Shown here: positions 57,561-64,000 of the stretch, piece after piece
How the letters are laid out: every line of letters starts with the position of its first letter
Numbering within the stretch: position 1 is the stretch's first letter
Source: Candidatus Nomurabacteria bacterium GW2011_GWB1_43_19
Lineage (GTDB): Bacteria; Patescibacteriota; Minisyncoccia; Phycocordibacterales; UBA9973
Reading direction: 5' to 3'
DNA length: 64,000 nt
Assembly: GCA_000999465.1 (NCBI GenBank)
Contig: LCGB01000003.1
Coordinates: 4,252-68,251 of the forward strand
Position numbers and translations under genes: made by a program
The notes under the pieces: model-generated
The model's input: the letters and a program-made list of their open reading frames with translations, nothing else
Database searches by the model: none
What the model was told of the DNA's origin: nothing

Positions 57561-58003
57561 CTTAATAAAACAAGTTCAAGCGCAGCCAAGGATGCTTCAC
57601 CTCCGACGTGAATTCTTTTTCGGGCTTGTTTGATATTGTTTACTGTAAGCACTCCGAAGCCAACAGGAATGCTATCTTCAATCATAACCTTCAAAACGCC
57701 TTCTTGTGCCATTTTGCAAACATAATCAAAGTGTGGCGTTTCTCCACGAATTACGCACCCAAGCACCACTAGAAAATCATATTTATTAGTTAATGCCAGT
57801 TTGTGTAAAGCAAAAGGAAGTTCAACCGAACCGGCAACATGTACTGTTCTTATATTTTTTTCAACCACTCCGCTTTTCTTTAAGGCAGACAAAGCAGACT
57901 TTAAAAGTTTTTCAGTAACTTCACTATTCCAACGAGCCAGCACAATCCCAGCTTTCAACTCTTTGCCATTTAAATATTTAATCTTTGTATTTTTTACTTG
58001 CAT
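57557..58003 (-). CDS. ribH: 6,7-dimethyl-8-ribityllumazine synthase
   Basis: GIVLARWN and a GETPHFDYV-like motif. Confidence 0.9.
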   Translation of the reverse strand: MQVKNTKIKYLNGKELKAGIVLARWNSEVTEKLLKSALSALKKSGVVEKNIRTVHVAGSVELPFALHKLALTNKYDFLVVLGCVIRGETPHFDYVCKMAQEGVLKVMIEDSIPVGFGVLTVNNIKQARKRIHVGGEASLAALELVLLR

Positions 58004-58565
58004 GCGCGTATTTGGCTAGTATATCAAATTCTAAATTAACAAAATCACCCTTTCTTTTATGTTTAATATTTGTATATTTCAAGGTATGTGGAATAATTTT
58101 GACAAAAAAAGAATTTTTTGAAATTCTTGTAACGGTTAAACTGACCCCTTCTACTGTGACTGCTCCCTTGTAAACTAAAAATTGTCTGAAATTTTTAGCG
58201 GGTATTTTTATTTCAAATACTTGTGAATTTCCCTCTTTTCTTATATTTAGTATTTCACCCTTTCCATCAACATGTCCAAGCACTATATGCCCGCTTATGC
58301 TGTCACCCAGGCGCATTGATGGTTCAATATTTACTGTATCACCTTTCTTTAAAAAACTTAAATTGGTAAGACTGAGAGTTTCTGGCATATATTCAAAAGA
58401 AATATTTTTATTTAACTTTTTAACAGTAGAACAGACACCATTTACGGAAATACTTTCTCCTAATTTTACCTTTCCCAGAGTATTTGCAATATCCAAAGAC
58501 ATTCCGCCATGGGCGGATTTTATGTTTTTAACTTTTGCAGTTTTAGAAATTATACCTGTGAACAT
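57978..58565 (-). CDS. ribE: Riboflavin synthase alpha subunit
   Basis: MFTGII...G.SI.V.GVCST N-barrel, duplicated in the C-barrel (GHIVLGHVDG). Confidence 0.85.
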   Translation of the reverse strand: MFTGIISKTAKVKNIKSAHGGMSLDIANTLGKVKLGESISVNGVCSTVKKLNKNISFEYMPETLSLTNLSFLKKGDTVNIEPSMRLGDSISGHIVLGHVDGKGEILNIRKEGNSQVFEIKIPAKNFRQFLVYKGAVTVEGVSLTVTRISKNSFFVKIIPHTLKYTNIKHKRKGDFVNLEFDILAKYAHASKKYKD

Positions 58566-58885
58566 ATTTTTAAATCTTCCTCAATCTGTCTTATTAACTC
58601 TTCTTCAGTATTAAATTTTTTATAATTTCGTAAAAATTCTTTAGTTTCGAGTATAACTGTATTGCCGTAAGCATCTCCACTATATCCAAGCAAATGCACT
58701 TCCACTTTACCGCTAGGGTTTATGAGAATACCCGCTCTGTAACTTTTATTGTTCATTATCGCATTTCCGGTATACACCCCAGCAGGAGGCAATGTGTCGC
58801 TAGTTTCTAAATTCACCGTCGGAAAACCAAGCTTCTTGCCATAGCCATCCCCTTTTATCACCTTCCCAGAAAGTATATAGTGCAT
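58550..58885 (-). CDS. Riboflavin kinase domain protein (monofunctional flavokinase-like)
   Basis: GDGYGKKLGFPTVN matches the RibF C-terminal kinase motif (G.G.G..LGFPTAN). There is no FAD-synthetase domain. Confidence 0.65.
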   Translation of the reverse strand: MHYILSGKVIKGDGYGKKLGFPTVNLETSDTLPPAGVYTGNAIMNNKSYRAGILINPSGKVEVHLLGYSGDAYGNTVILETKEFLRNYKKFNTEEELIRQIEEDLKICSQV

Positions 58886-58888
58886 TTA

Positions 58889-60331
58889 TTATTTACCCAA
58901 TTTTATACCAAGCTCTTTCAGCTGTTTTTCGGAGACTTCGGCCGGTGAATTCATCATTAAGTCCTTGCCTTCGCCGGTCTTCGGGAAAGCGATAACTTCG
59001 CGGATATTCGGCTCGTTTTCCAGGAGCATCATCAGGCGGTCAAAGCCCCAGGCAATGCCTCCGTGCGGCGGACAGCCGGAGCCGAGCGCTTCCAGCATAT
59101 GCCCGAAGTTTTTCTCAATTCGCTCGGATGCATAGCCCATAATTTCAAAGACCTTCCGAAGTGCCTCCGGCTGGTGGTTGCGGATACTACCTCCGCCTAT
59201 CTCCGAGCCGTTTAAGACCACGTCGTATTGGGTGGTCAGAATGTTCCCGATATCTTTCTTATTCATCAGCATTTCCATATGCTCGTCCTGCGGGCGGGAA
59301 AAAGGATTGTGGGTGAAGGTCCACTCGCCTTCGGCCAGCGGATTATCGGATTTGTCGGTTCTTTCAAAGAAAGGAAAATCTACCACCCAGACGAAGGCGA
59401 GCAAATTTTTGTTTTCTTTGTCTTTGCGGAGGTCCGGCCGGTCAGTGCCGTATTTCTCCATCACTTCTTTGTAAGAAATCCGCGGGAACGGAATTTCCTG
59501 AATCTTTTTCTCCGGATACAAATTTTCTACAATACTGATAAGCAACGCCTCGTTAAGCGCCATCACGTCCTCGCGCTTTACGAAACTCATTTCCAGGTCC
59601 AACTGGGTAAATTCCGGCTGGCGGTCGCCGCGGGTGTCTTCGTCGCGCATGCAACGAGCAATTTGGAAATACTTTTCCGCGCCGGCAGCCATCAAGAGTT
59701 GTTTGTATTGCTGGGGCGACTGCGGCAGAGCGTAAAAAGTCCCCGGCCAGATGCGGGACGGCACGATATAGTCGCGGGCGCCTTCGGGGGTGGATTTGGT
59801 CAGTATCGGGGTTTCAACCTCAATAAAATTTTCCTTATCCAGATAGTCCCGGATAAATTTAACCACTTTGTGCCGGTAGCGGATATTTTTTTGCATTCGC
59901 GTCCGGCGCAAATCAATATATCGGTACTTTAAGCGGTGCTCTTCGCCTATTTCATATCCGTCGGTGGTTACCTCTATCGGCGGGGTCTCCGCTTTGTTCA
60001 AAATTTCAATATTTAAGACCTCCAGTTCCACATCTCCATTTAAGACCCCCTCCTTTACATTTTTGTCCGGACGCTTATTGACGACACCGGAAATTTTTAG
60101 GACCCATTCGGGGCGGATTTTCCCGGCAATCTCCGTTGCCGAGGATCCGCGACCTTCGGTCGGGACTTTTTCCTTACCTGGTAAGGCCACGCACTGCACC
60201 CGGCCGGTCATATCCCGCATATCAAAAAATATCATTTTCCCCTGGTCGCGCCGGACATCCACCCATCCAGCCAAAATTACTTCCTTTCCGATATTGTCTT
60301 TCAAATCTTTGATATAAATGCGGTTTTTCAT
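58889..60331 (-). CDS. aspS: Aspartyl-tRNA synthetase (compact, no GAD insertion)
   Basis: N-terminal OB fold (GWVDVRRDQGKMIFFDMRD) and class II motifs (FRDEDTRGDRQPEFTQLD, GGGSIR). Confidence 0.9.
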   Translation of the reverse strand: MKNRIYIKDLKDNIGKEVILAGWVDVRRDQGKMIFFDMRDMTGRVQCVALPGKEKVPTEGRGSSATEIAGKIRPEWVLKISGVVNKRPDKNVKEGVLNGDVELEVLNIEILNKAETPPIEVTTDGYEIGEEHRLKYRYIDLRRTRMQKNIRYRHKVVKFIRDYLDKENFIEVETPILTKSTPEGARDYIVPSRIWPGTFYALPQSPQQYKQLLMAAGAEKYFQIARCMRDEDTRGDRQPEFTQLDLEMSFVKREDVMALNEALLISIVENLYPEKKIQEIPFPRISYKEVMEKYGTDRPDLRKDKENKNLLAFVWVVDFPFFERTDKSDNPLAEGEWTFTHNPFSRPQDEHMEMLMNKKDIGNILTTQYDVVLNGSEIGGGSIRNHQPEALRKVFEIMGYASERIEKNFGHMLEALGSGCPPHGGIAWGFDRLMMLLENEPNIREVIAFPKTGEGKDLMMNSPAEVSEKQLKELGIKLGK

Positions 60332-60574
60332 CCCATTAGAAAATTTAAATAATAAAACTTATTTTTATACAAGTCCGCTGATTTTCTAACGGGACAAGTA
60401 TTGAAATATTTTAGCACAAAATCAAAAGAAAAACAGCCTAAATAAAGGTGGGGCTGATCGCGATAGTCCGCGAACAGCCCCAAAAACGATGCGGTGGGCC
60501 AAGTCGCACTACCTTTCAAGCCCTAACTAAACTAAACCATTCCCCACACGGGCATCACCTCCCTTCAAGGTGAT

Positions 60575-60625
60575 AAAAAGAACAAACACCAGCTAGAGGG
60601 CTGGTGTTTGGGTTGTAGTTTATTT
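60575..60625. terminator. Bidirectional terminator-like hairpin
   Basis: CACCAGCTAGAGGGCTGGTG is followed by TTTGGGTTGTAGTTTATTTT on the plus strand. On the minus strand it is followed by TTTGTTCTTTTTATC. Confidence 0.55.
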
Positions 60626-60745
60626 TAGTTAGTTTTTACAGCGCAAAGATCAGCTCTCTAATTTGAGGGCTGAAAAAGAAAACATTGCTGATTTGCATTA
60701 TATTTTTGTTCACTTGCACCTTTTGTTTCATTGCTTCAAATCATA

Positions 60746-60780
60746 ATAATATAATAGCAGCGGCCGCTTTTATTATACTA
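60746..60780. repeat. AT-flanked GCGGCCGC-core palindromic element (copy 3)
   Basis: ATAATATAATAGCAGCGGCCGCTTTTATTATACTA, immediately after the trpA stop. Confidence 0.7.
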
Positions 60781-60788
60781 TTTAGGTA

Positions 60789-61568
60789 TTAATAATTTAA
60801 GTTCTTTAAGAAATTAATCAGGGTTTGGGGATTGTTTGTGTTTGATTTTTGAATCAGCTTAATTAAGCTGCTCCCGATGATTACCCCGTCAGCCCCGTTT
60901 ATTTTTAGTTTTTTAACTTGAGATAAATTTGATATTCCGAATCCCACGGCAATAGGTAGCCTGGTCTGCCGTTTTATTTGTTTAATATATTGCAATGTCT
61001 TTCTGGGTATATCCTTCTGAGTCCCTGTAATTCCCACCACAGAGGTCAGATAAAGATATCCTTGAGCAACTTTGGTAATTTTATTTAGCCGGCGCGGAGT
61101 AGTCGTAGTTGCAATCAAATAAATATTATCAATATTGTATTTCTTAGCTGCTTTCAAAAATATGCTTATTTCTTCAAAAGGCACATCGGGAATTAAGACG
61201 CCGTCTATACCAGCATTACGCGCATCGCGGTAGAATTTTTCTATTCCACGCTGATATACTAAATTTGCATACACTAAGACCGTAATGGGGATTTCGGTGG
61301 TTAGTCTAAGATTTTTAATGAGTTCAAATACTTTGCTTGTTGTTGAACCGGCTTTAAGGGCAACCTGATCCGCTTTTTGTATTACGGGTCCATCCGCCAA
61401 AGGATCGGAATAAGGAAAACCGATTTCCAACAGGTCGGAATGTTGAGAAAGAACTTTTAATATTTTTAACGACTGGCTAAAATTAGGAAATCCCGCAACT
61501 AAAAATGGCATCATGGCCAGTTTCCCTTCTTTTTTTATATGTGTAAATGCGGTTTCGATTCTGTTCAT
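60789..61568 (-). CDS. trpA: Tryptophan synthase alpha chain
   Basis: FLVAGFP, the active-site region [13 protein letters not shown] and the GFGIS phosphate loop. Confidence 0.9.
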   Translation of the reverse strand: MNRIETAFTHIKKEGKLAMMPFLVAGFPNFSQSLKILKVLSQHSDLLEIGFPYSDPLADGPVIQKADQVALKAGSTTSKVFELIKNLRLTTEIPITVLVYANLVYQRGIEKFYRDARNAGIDGVLIPDVPFEEISIFLKAAKKYNIDNIYLIATTTTPRRLNKITKVAQGYLYLTSVVGITGTQKDIPRKTLQYIKQIKRQTRLPIAVGFGISNLSQVKKLKINGADGVIIGSSLIKLIQKSNTNNPQTLINFLKNLNY

Positions 61569-62731
61569 ATTTTCAGTCCTTTTTCCATTTCCGGCAAATC
61601 TTTATCGCCTCTGCCGGATAAATTTATTATTATTAATTTTTTATTTGGAAGTTTTTTTGCCAACTTAAGCGCATAGGCTACCGCATGGGCCGATTCAAGC
61701 GCCGGGATAATCCCTTCTGTTTCGGATAGGTAGCGGAATGCGGAAAGGGCTTCTTCATCTGTCGCAGAAACGTATTTAATGCGTCCCAACTCGCGCAGGA
61801 AAACATGCTCGGGACCGATGCTCGGGTAGTCTAGGCCCGCAGAAATGCTGTGCGTTTCGGTAATTTGGCCGTCGGCATTCTGTAAAACAAATGACTTCGT
61901 GCCGTGCAAAATGCCTTCCCGCCCCCCGGCAAACCTAGCCGCATGTTTTCCGCTCCGAATTCCATATCCACCAGCTTCTACGCCAATCATTTTTACTTTT
62001 GAATCATTGATAAATTGATGGAATAATCCTACAGAGTTACTGCCGCCGCCGACACAAGCTACCAAGTAATCCGGCAGCCTGCCTTCCGATGATAAAATTT
62101 GGGATCGAGCTTCCCGCCCGATTACTGCTTGGAAATCTCTGACGATTGTCGGGTAAGGATGCGGACCCAGAACCGAACCTATCATGTAATGAGTGGTTTC
62201 AATATTCGTAATCCAGTCACGGATAGCTTCATTAATCGCATCTTTAAGGGTTCGGCTCCCTGATGTAACCGGGACAACTTTTGCTCCTAGCAATCTCATG
62301 CGTATTACATTGGGTTGCTGCCGCTCCATATCTACCTCGCCCATATAAACAACGCACTCCAGTCCCAGCTTTGCACAGGCCGCAGCGGTGGCAACCCCGT
62401 GTTGTCCAGCACCTGTTTCCGCAATTATTCGGCTCTTCCCCATAAATTTTGCCAAAAGACCCTGGCCAATCGCGTTATTGATTTTGTGCGCGCCGGTATG
62501 GGCCAGGTCTTCTCGTTTCAAATAAATTTTTTGGCCGGTGGCTTTGGACATTCTTTCGGCAAAATATAAGGAAGTGGGCCGTCCAATAAAATCCCTCTGT
62601 AATTTTTTTAACTCAGCCTGCATTGATTCATTCTTTTTAAATCTTTCATAAGCTTTTTCCAACTCTAAAAGAGAAGGCATTAATGTCTCCGGTACGAACT
62701 GTCCGCCAAATTTTCCAAAATATGATTTCAT
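61565..62731 (-). CDS. trpB: Tryptophan synthase beta chain
   Basis: GRPT..Y.AE...[19 protein letters not shown]-lysine region and GGGSN. Confidence 0.9.
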   Translation of the reverse strand: MKSYFGKFGGQFVPETLMPSLLELEKAYERFKKNESMQAELKKLQRDFIGRPTSLYFAERMSKATGQKIYLKREDLAHTGAHKINNAIGQGLLAKFMGKSRIIAETGAGQHGVATAAACAKLGLECVVYMGEVDMERQQPNVIRMRLLGAKVVPVTSGSRTLKDAINEAIRDWITNIETTHYMIGSVLGPHPYPTIVRDFQAVIGREARSQILSSEGRLPDYLVACVGGGSNSVGLFHQFINDSKVKMIGVEAGGYGIRSGKHAARFAGGREGILHGTKSFVLQNADGQITETHSISAGLDYPSIGPEHVFLRELGRIKYVSATDEEALSAFRYLSETEGIIPALESAHAVAYALKLAKKLPNKKLIIINLSGRGDKDLPEMEKGLKI

Positions 62732-62811
62732 GTGTATGTAATCTTAAAATAAATATAGCGGGTAGGCAACAATTCGGATTCCTCCGCCCTGTTGCCTGCC
62801 GCTTGAGATGA

Positions 62812-62976
62812 TCACAGTCCGTTCGGACTGTTGAAGATCAGCGTATACTGACCTTCCTTCCATGGAACGACGAGCATCACGCCCACCGCGACCCAGCCCT
62901 TCACTTTCTCTGGATCTTCTCCGGTAGCTTGTGCATGGTCGGCCACCGCTTTTGCCACCTGTACGTCCTTGCTCAT
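62812..62976 (-). CDS. Hypothetical 54-aa GC-rich small ORF between trp leader and trpB
   Basis: MSKDVQVAKAVADHAQATGEDPEKVKGWVAVGVMLVVPWKEGQYTLIFNSPNGL. The RBS AAAAGGGGTG is spaced 5 nt from the ATG. It is in the same frame as the upstream small ORF, separated by one TGA plus one codon. About 55% GC versus ~40% in the surroundings. Confidence 0.35.
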   Translation of the reverse strand: MSKDVQVAKAVADHAQATGEDPEKVKGWVAVGVMLVVPWKEGQYTLIFNSPNGL

Positions 62977-62979
62977 CTG

Positions 62980-63180
62980 TCACCCCTTTTCTGATTTGGT
63001 CGCCAGGAGGATTTCACCGTCCCTGACCCTGATGGGGACGAGTTGCCCTTCAGCTACCATGCTGAAGATAACCTCGATTTTCGTTCCAGTGGATGCGCTG
63101 TGACGTTTGATCGCCCCAGCCAGATCCTTTGCGGTAACAGGTTCCCCCGTAGTCGCAACTTGGAGTTTAACGATTTGCAT
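62980..63180 (-). CDS. Hypothetical 66-aa GC-rich small ORF, first gene after trp leader
   Basis: MQIVKLQVATTGEPVTAKDLAGAIKRHSASTGTKIEVIFSMVAEGQLVPIRVRDGEILLATKSEKG. There is no confident homology. The faint TRAP/dodecin-like beta-rich pattern is speculative. Confidence 0.35.
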   Translation of the reverse strand: MQIVKLQVATTGEPVTAKDLAGAIKRHSASTGTKIEVIFSMVAEGQLVPIRVRDGEILLATKSEKG

Positions 63181-63392
63181 GGTTTTTTCTCAAAGAACGA
63201 CCGGCAATTTGGTTGCGCCGGTACAATGAACAAACAGCGCACTTTATGTGCGCTGTTTGGTGGATTCCTTGGAATTAGTTTCTAGTGATTAGTTGTTAGG
63301 GGTTGGTAGAAATCAATGAAAGAGCGCACAAGAGAATTTGCGCTCCACCAATAGTTTAATAATTTATTTGTTTGTAAATTTCTCAATATCAT

Positions 63393-63414
63393 CATACTAG
63401 TATGCTAGTATATG
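63393..63414. promoter_or_regulatory. TrpR-type operator-like site (CATACTAGTATGCTAGTATATG) upstream of trp leader/trpBA
   Basis: It contains two CTAG cores 8 bp apart, as in the E. coli trp operator (ACTAGTtaACTAGT), and embeds the perfect palindrome CATACTAGTATG. Confidence 0.55.
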
Positions 63415-63443
63415 TAAAAATAAAAAGCAAGGGCACTATTTGC

Positions 63444-63731
63444 TTATCTGTGGATAACTTTTAAAGCCCTTCTAAAACCGCCTTCTTTCTTCCGCATTTC
63501 ACGGGAACCTCTGGTAATCGTAGCCACCCCCACATGCAAATTCTCCGCAATGGCTATGTGGTGCTCCCCTTTCCCGAGACGTTTGACTATTTGCCACCTG
63601 ACTCCCACATTTTCAAATTCCCTTGGCGTCAATATGTCCCTGATAAAATCGGCAAGGAGTTGCTTGTCTTTCGCGATTTTATGAATCACTTCAATTACTT
63701 CTTTTTTATATTGATCAATATTATTTTTCAT
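63444..63731 (-). CDS. Trp-repressor-like DNA-binding protein (TrpR/YerC/YecD family)
   Basis: LTPREFENVGVRWQIVKRL...HHIAIAENLHVGVATITRGSREM matches the Trp_repressor fold pattern. CTAG-containing palindromes flank it on both sides. Confidence 0.7.
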   Translation of the reverse strand: MKNNIDQYKKEVIEVIHKIAKDKQLLADFIRDILTPREFENVGVRWQIVKRLGKGEHHIAIAENLHVGVATITRGSREMRKKEGGFRRALKVIHR

Positions 63732-63752
63732 AATATTCTCTATATTATACTA

Positions 63753-63774
63753 CCATACTAGTATGCTGACATAT
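63753..63774. promoter_or_regulatory. Second TrpR-type operator-like site (CCATACTAGTATGCTGACATAT) in the trpR-like gene promoter
   Basis: It shares the 14-mer CATACTAGTATGCT with the site at 63393. It lies between the trpS stop and the trpR-like start. Confidence 0.55.
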
Positions 63775-63788
63775 TTGCTTGTAAAATT

Positions 63789-64000
63789 TTAATACACATC
63801 CACCCCAATTTTTTCCCGGACTTCTTCCATCTTTGCATTAGCGACTTTTTTAGCTTTTTCGCCACCTTCTTTTAAGATTTGCAGGGCTCGCGGAATATCT
63901 TTTTCAAATTTTTTCCGGCGTTCGCGGAGCGGCGCGATGAATTTTTCCAGATCTTCAATCAGAAGTTCTTTCAGTTCTTTATATTTTCCCGCCTTGCTTT
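63789..64000 (-). CDS. trpS: Tryptophanyl-tRNA synthetase, C-terminal fragment (5' part beyond window)
   Basis: The minus-strand translation ...ELKELLIEDLEKFIAPLRERRKKFEKDIPRALQILKEGGEKAKKVANAKMEEVREKIGVDVY* matches the TrpRS C-terminal anticodon-binding helix region. Confidence 0.7.
   Translation of the reverse strand, partial: SKAGKYKELKELLIEDLEKFIAPLRERRKKFEKDIPRALQILKEGGEKAKKVANAKMEEVREKIGVDVY

Noticed and set aside
60430-60470. GGGGCTGATCGCGATAG... resembles the 5' end of tmRNA (GGGGCUGAUUCUGGAUUCGACG)
   Set aside because: The stem closes locally (GGGGCTG...CAGCCCC). There is no tRNA-like T-arm/CCA 3' end or tag reading frame within about 400 nt. So I did not call it tmRNA.
60332-60788. 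FMN riboswitch (RFN element) expected upstream of a rib operon
   Set aside because: The conserved GGGCAGGGTGAAATTCCC / CCGACGGTAAAGTCCGGATG blocks were not found on either strand.
62744-62983. Track ORF (79 aa, Arg/Gly-rich: MTDEQGRTGGKSGGRPCTSYRRRSRES...)
   Set aside because: It is a low-complexity translation of a GC-rich stretch. The other minus-strand frame gives a cleaner 54-aa ORF with a proper RBS, which is preferred.
63181-63392. Possible T-box riboswitch upstream of trp genes
   Set aside because: GGTGGAGCGCA only loosely resembles the T-box consensus AGGGTGGNACCGCG. No Stem I/specifier loop with a UGG codon could be identified.
1-64000. CRISPR arrays, rRNA genes, transposase/integrase genes
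   Set aside because: No regularly spaced direct repeats with unique spacers were seen. No rRNA-like conserved segments and no recognisable transposase or integrase ORF were seen. The short palindromic elements reported above are not CRISPR repeats.

Overview
This is a low-GC, gene-dense window of about 72 CDS plus 3 tRNAs, mostly short housekeeping proteins. Several genes appear leaderless: a TATAAT-like box sits 6-9 nt upstream of the ATG. This profile fits a reduced Patescibacteria/CPR-type genome, which is an inference from gene content and composition. Recognisable blocks are: rseP (partial), an M24 peptidase, ddl, murI, rpmG, tRNA-Trp, miaA, an HTH-MurA fusion, tRNA-Leu, parB, rel, topA, dprA, serS, an ftsQ-like gene, dus and dnaX. 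There is also an AT-rich accessory islet at tRNA-Gln encoding a HIT protein, an Lnu-like nucleotidyltransferase, a DUF4157-like HExxH protein and a GNAT. The window contains a complete purine cluster (guaB, a short purA-like gene, purS-L fusion, Q, F, N, D, E, M, C, B). It also contains cell-wall genes (PBP2, ctpA, M23, murG, ftsW, mraY, M15), rplI and rpmA, gltX, scpAB, a riboflavin operon fused to aspS, and a trp locus (trpS-trpR-like-operator-leader-two small GC-rich ORFs-trpB-trpA). The most unusual content is a four-member paralogous family of large cysteine-rich multi-zinc-ribbon proteins (215-590 aa). Their N- and C-terminal modules are identical or near-identical, their cores diverge, and conserved palindromes flank them. 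Also notable are several families of short GC-rich palindromic elements; at least two, possibly three, are inserted in frame inside essential genes (topA, purL, possibly dus). A conserved intergenic promoter/operator-like motif recurs 5 times.
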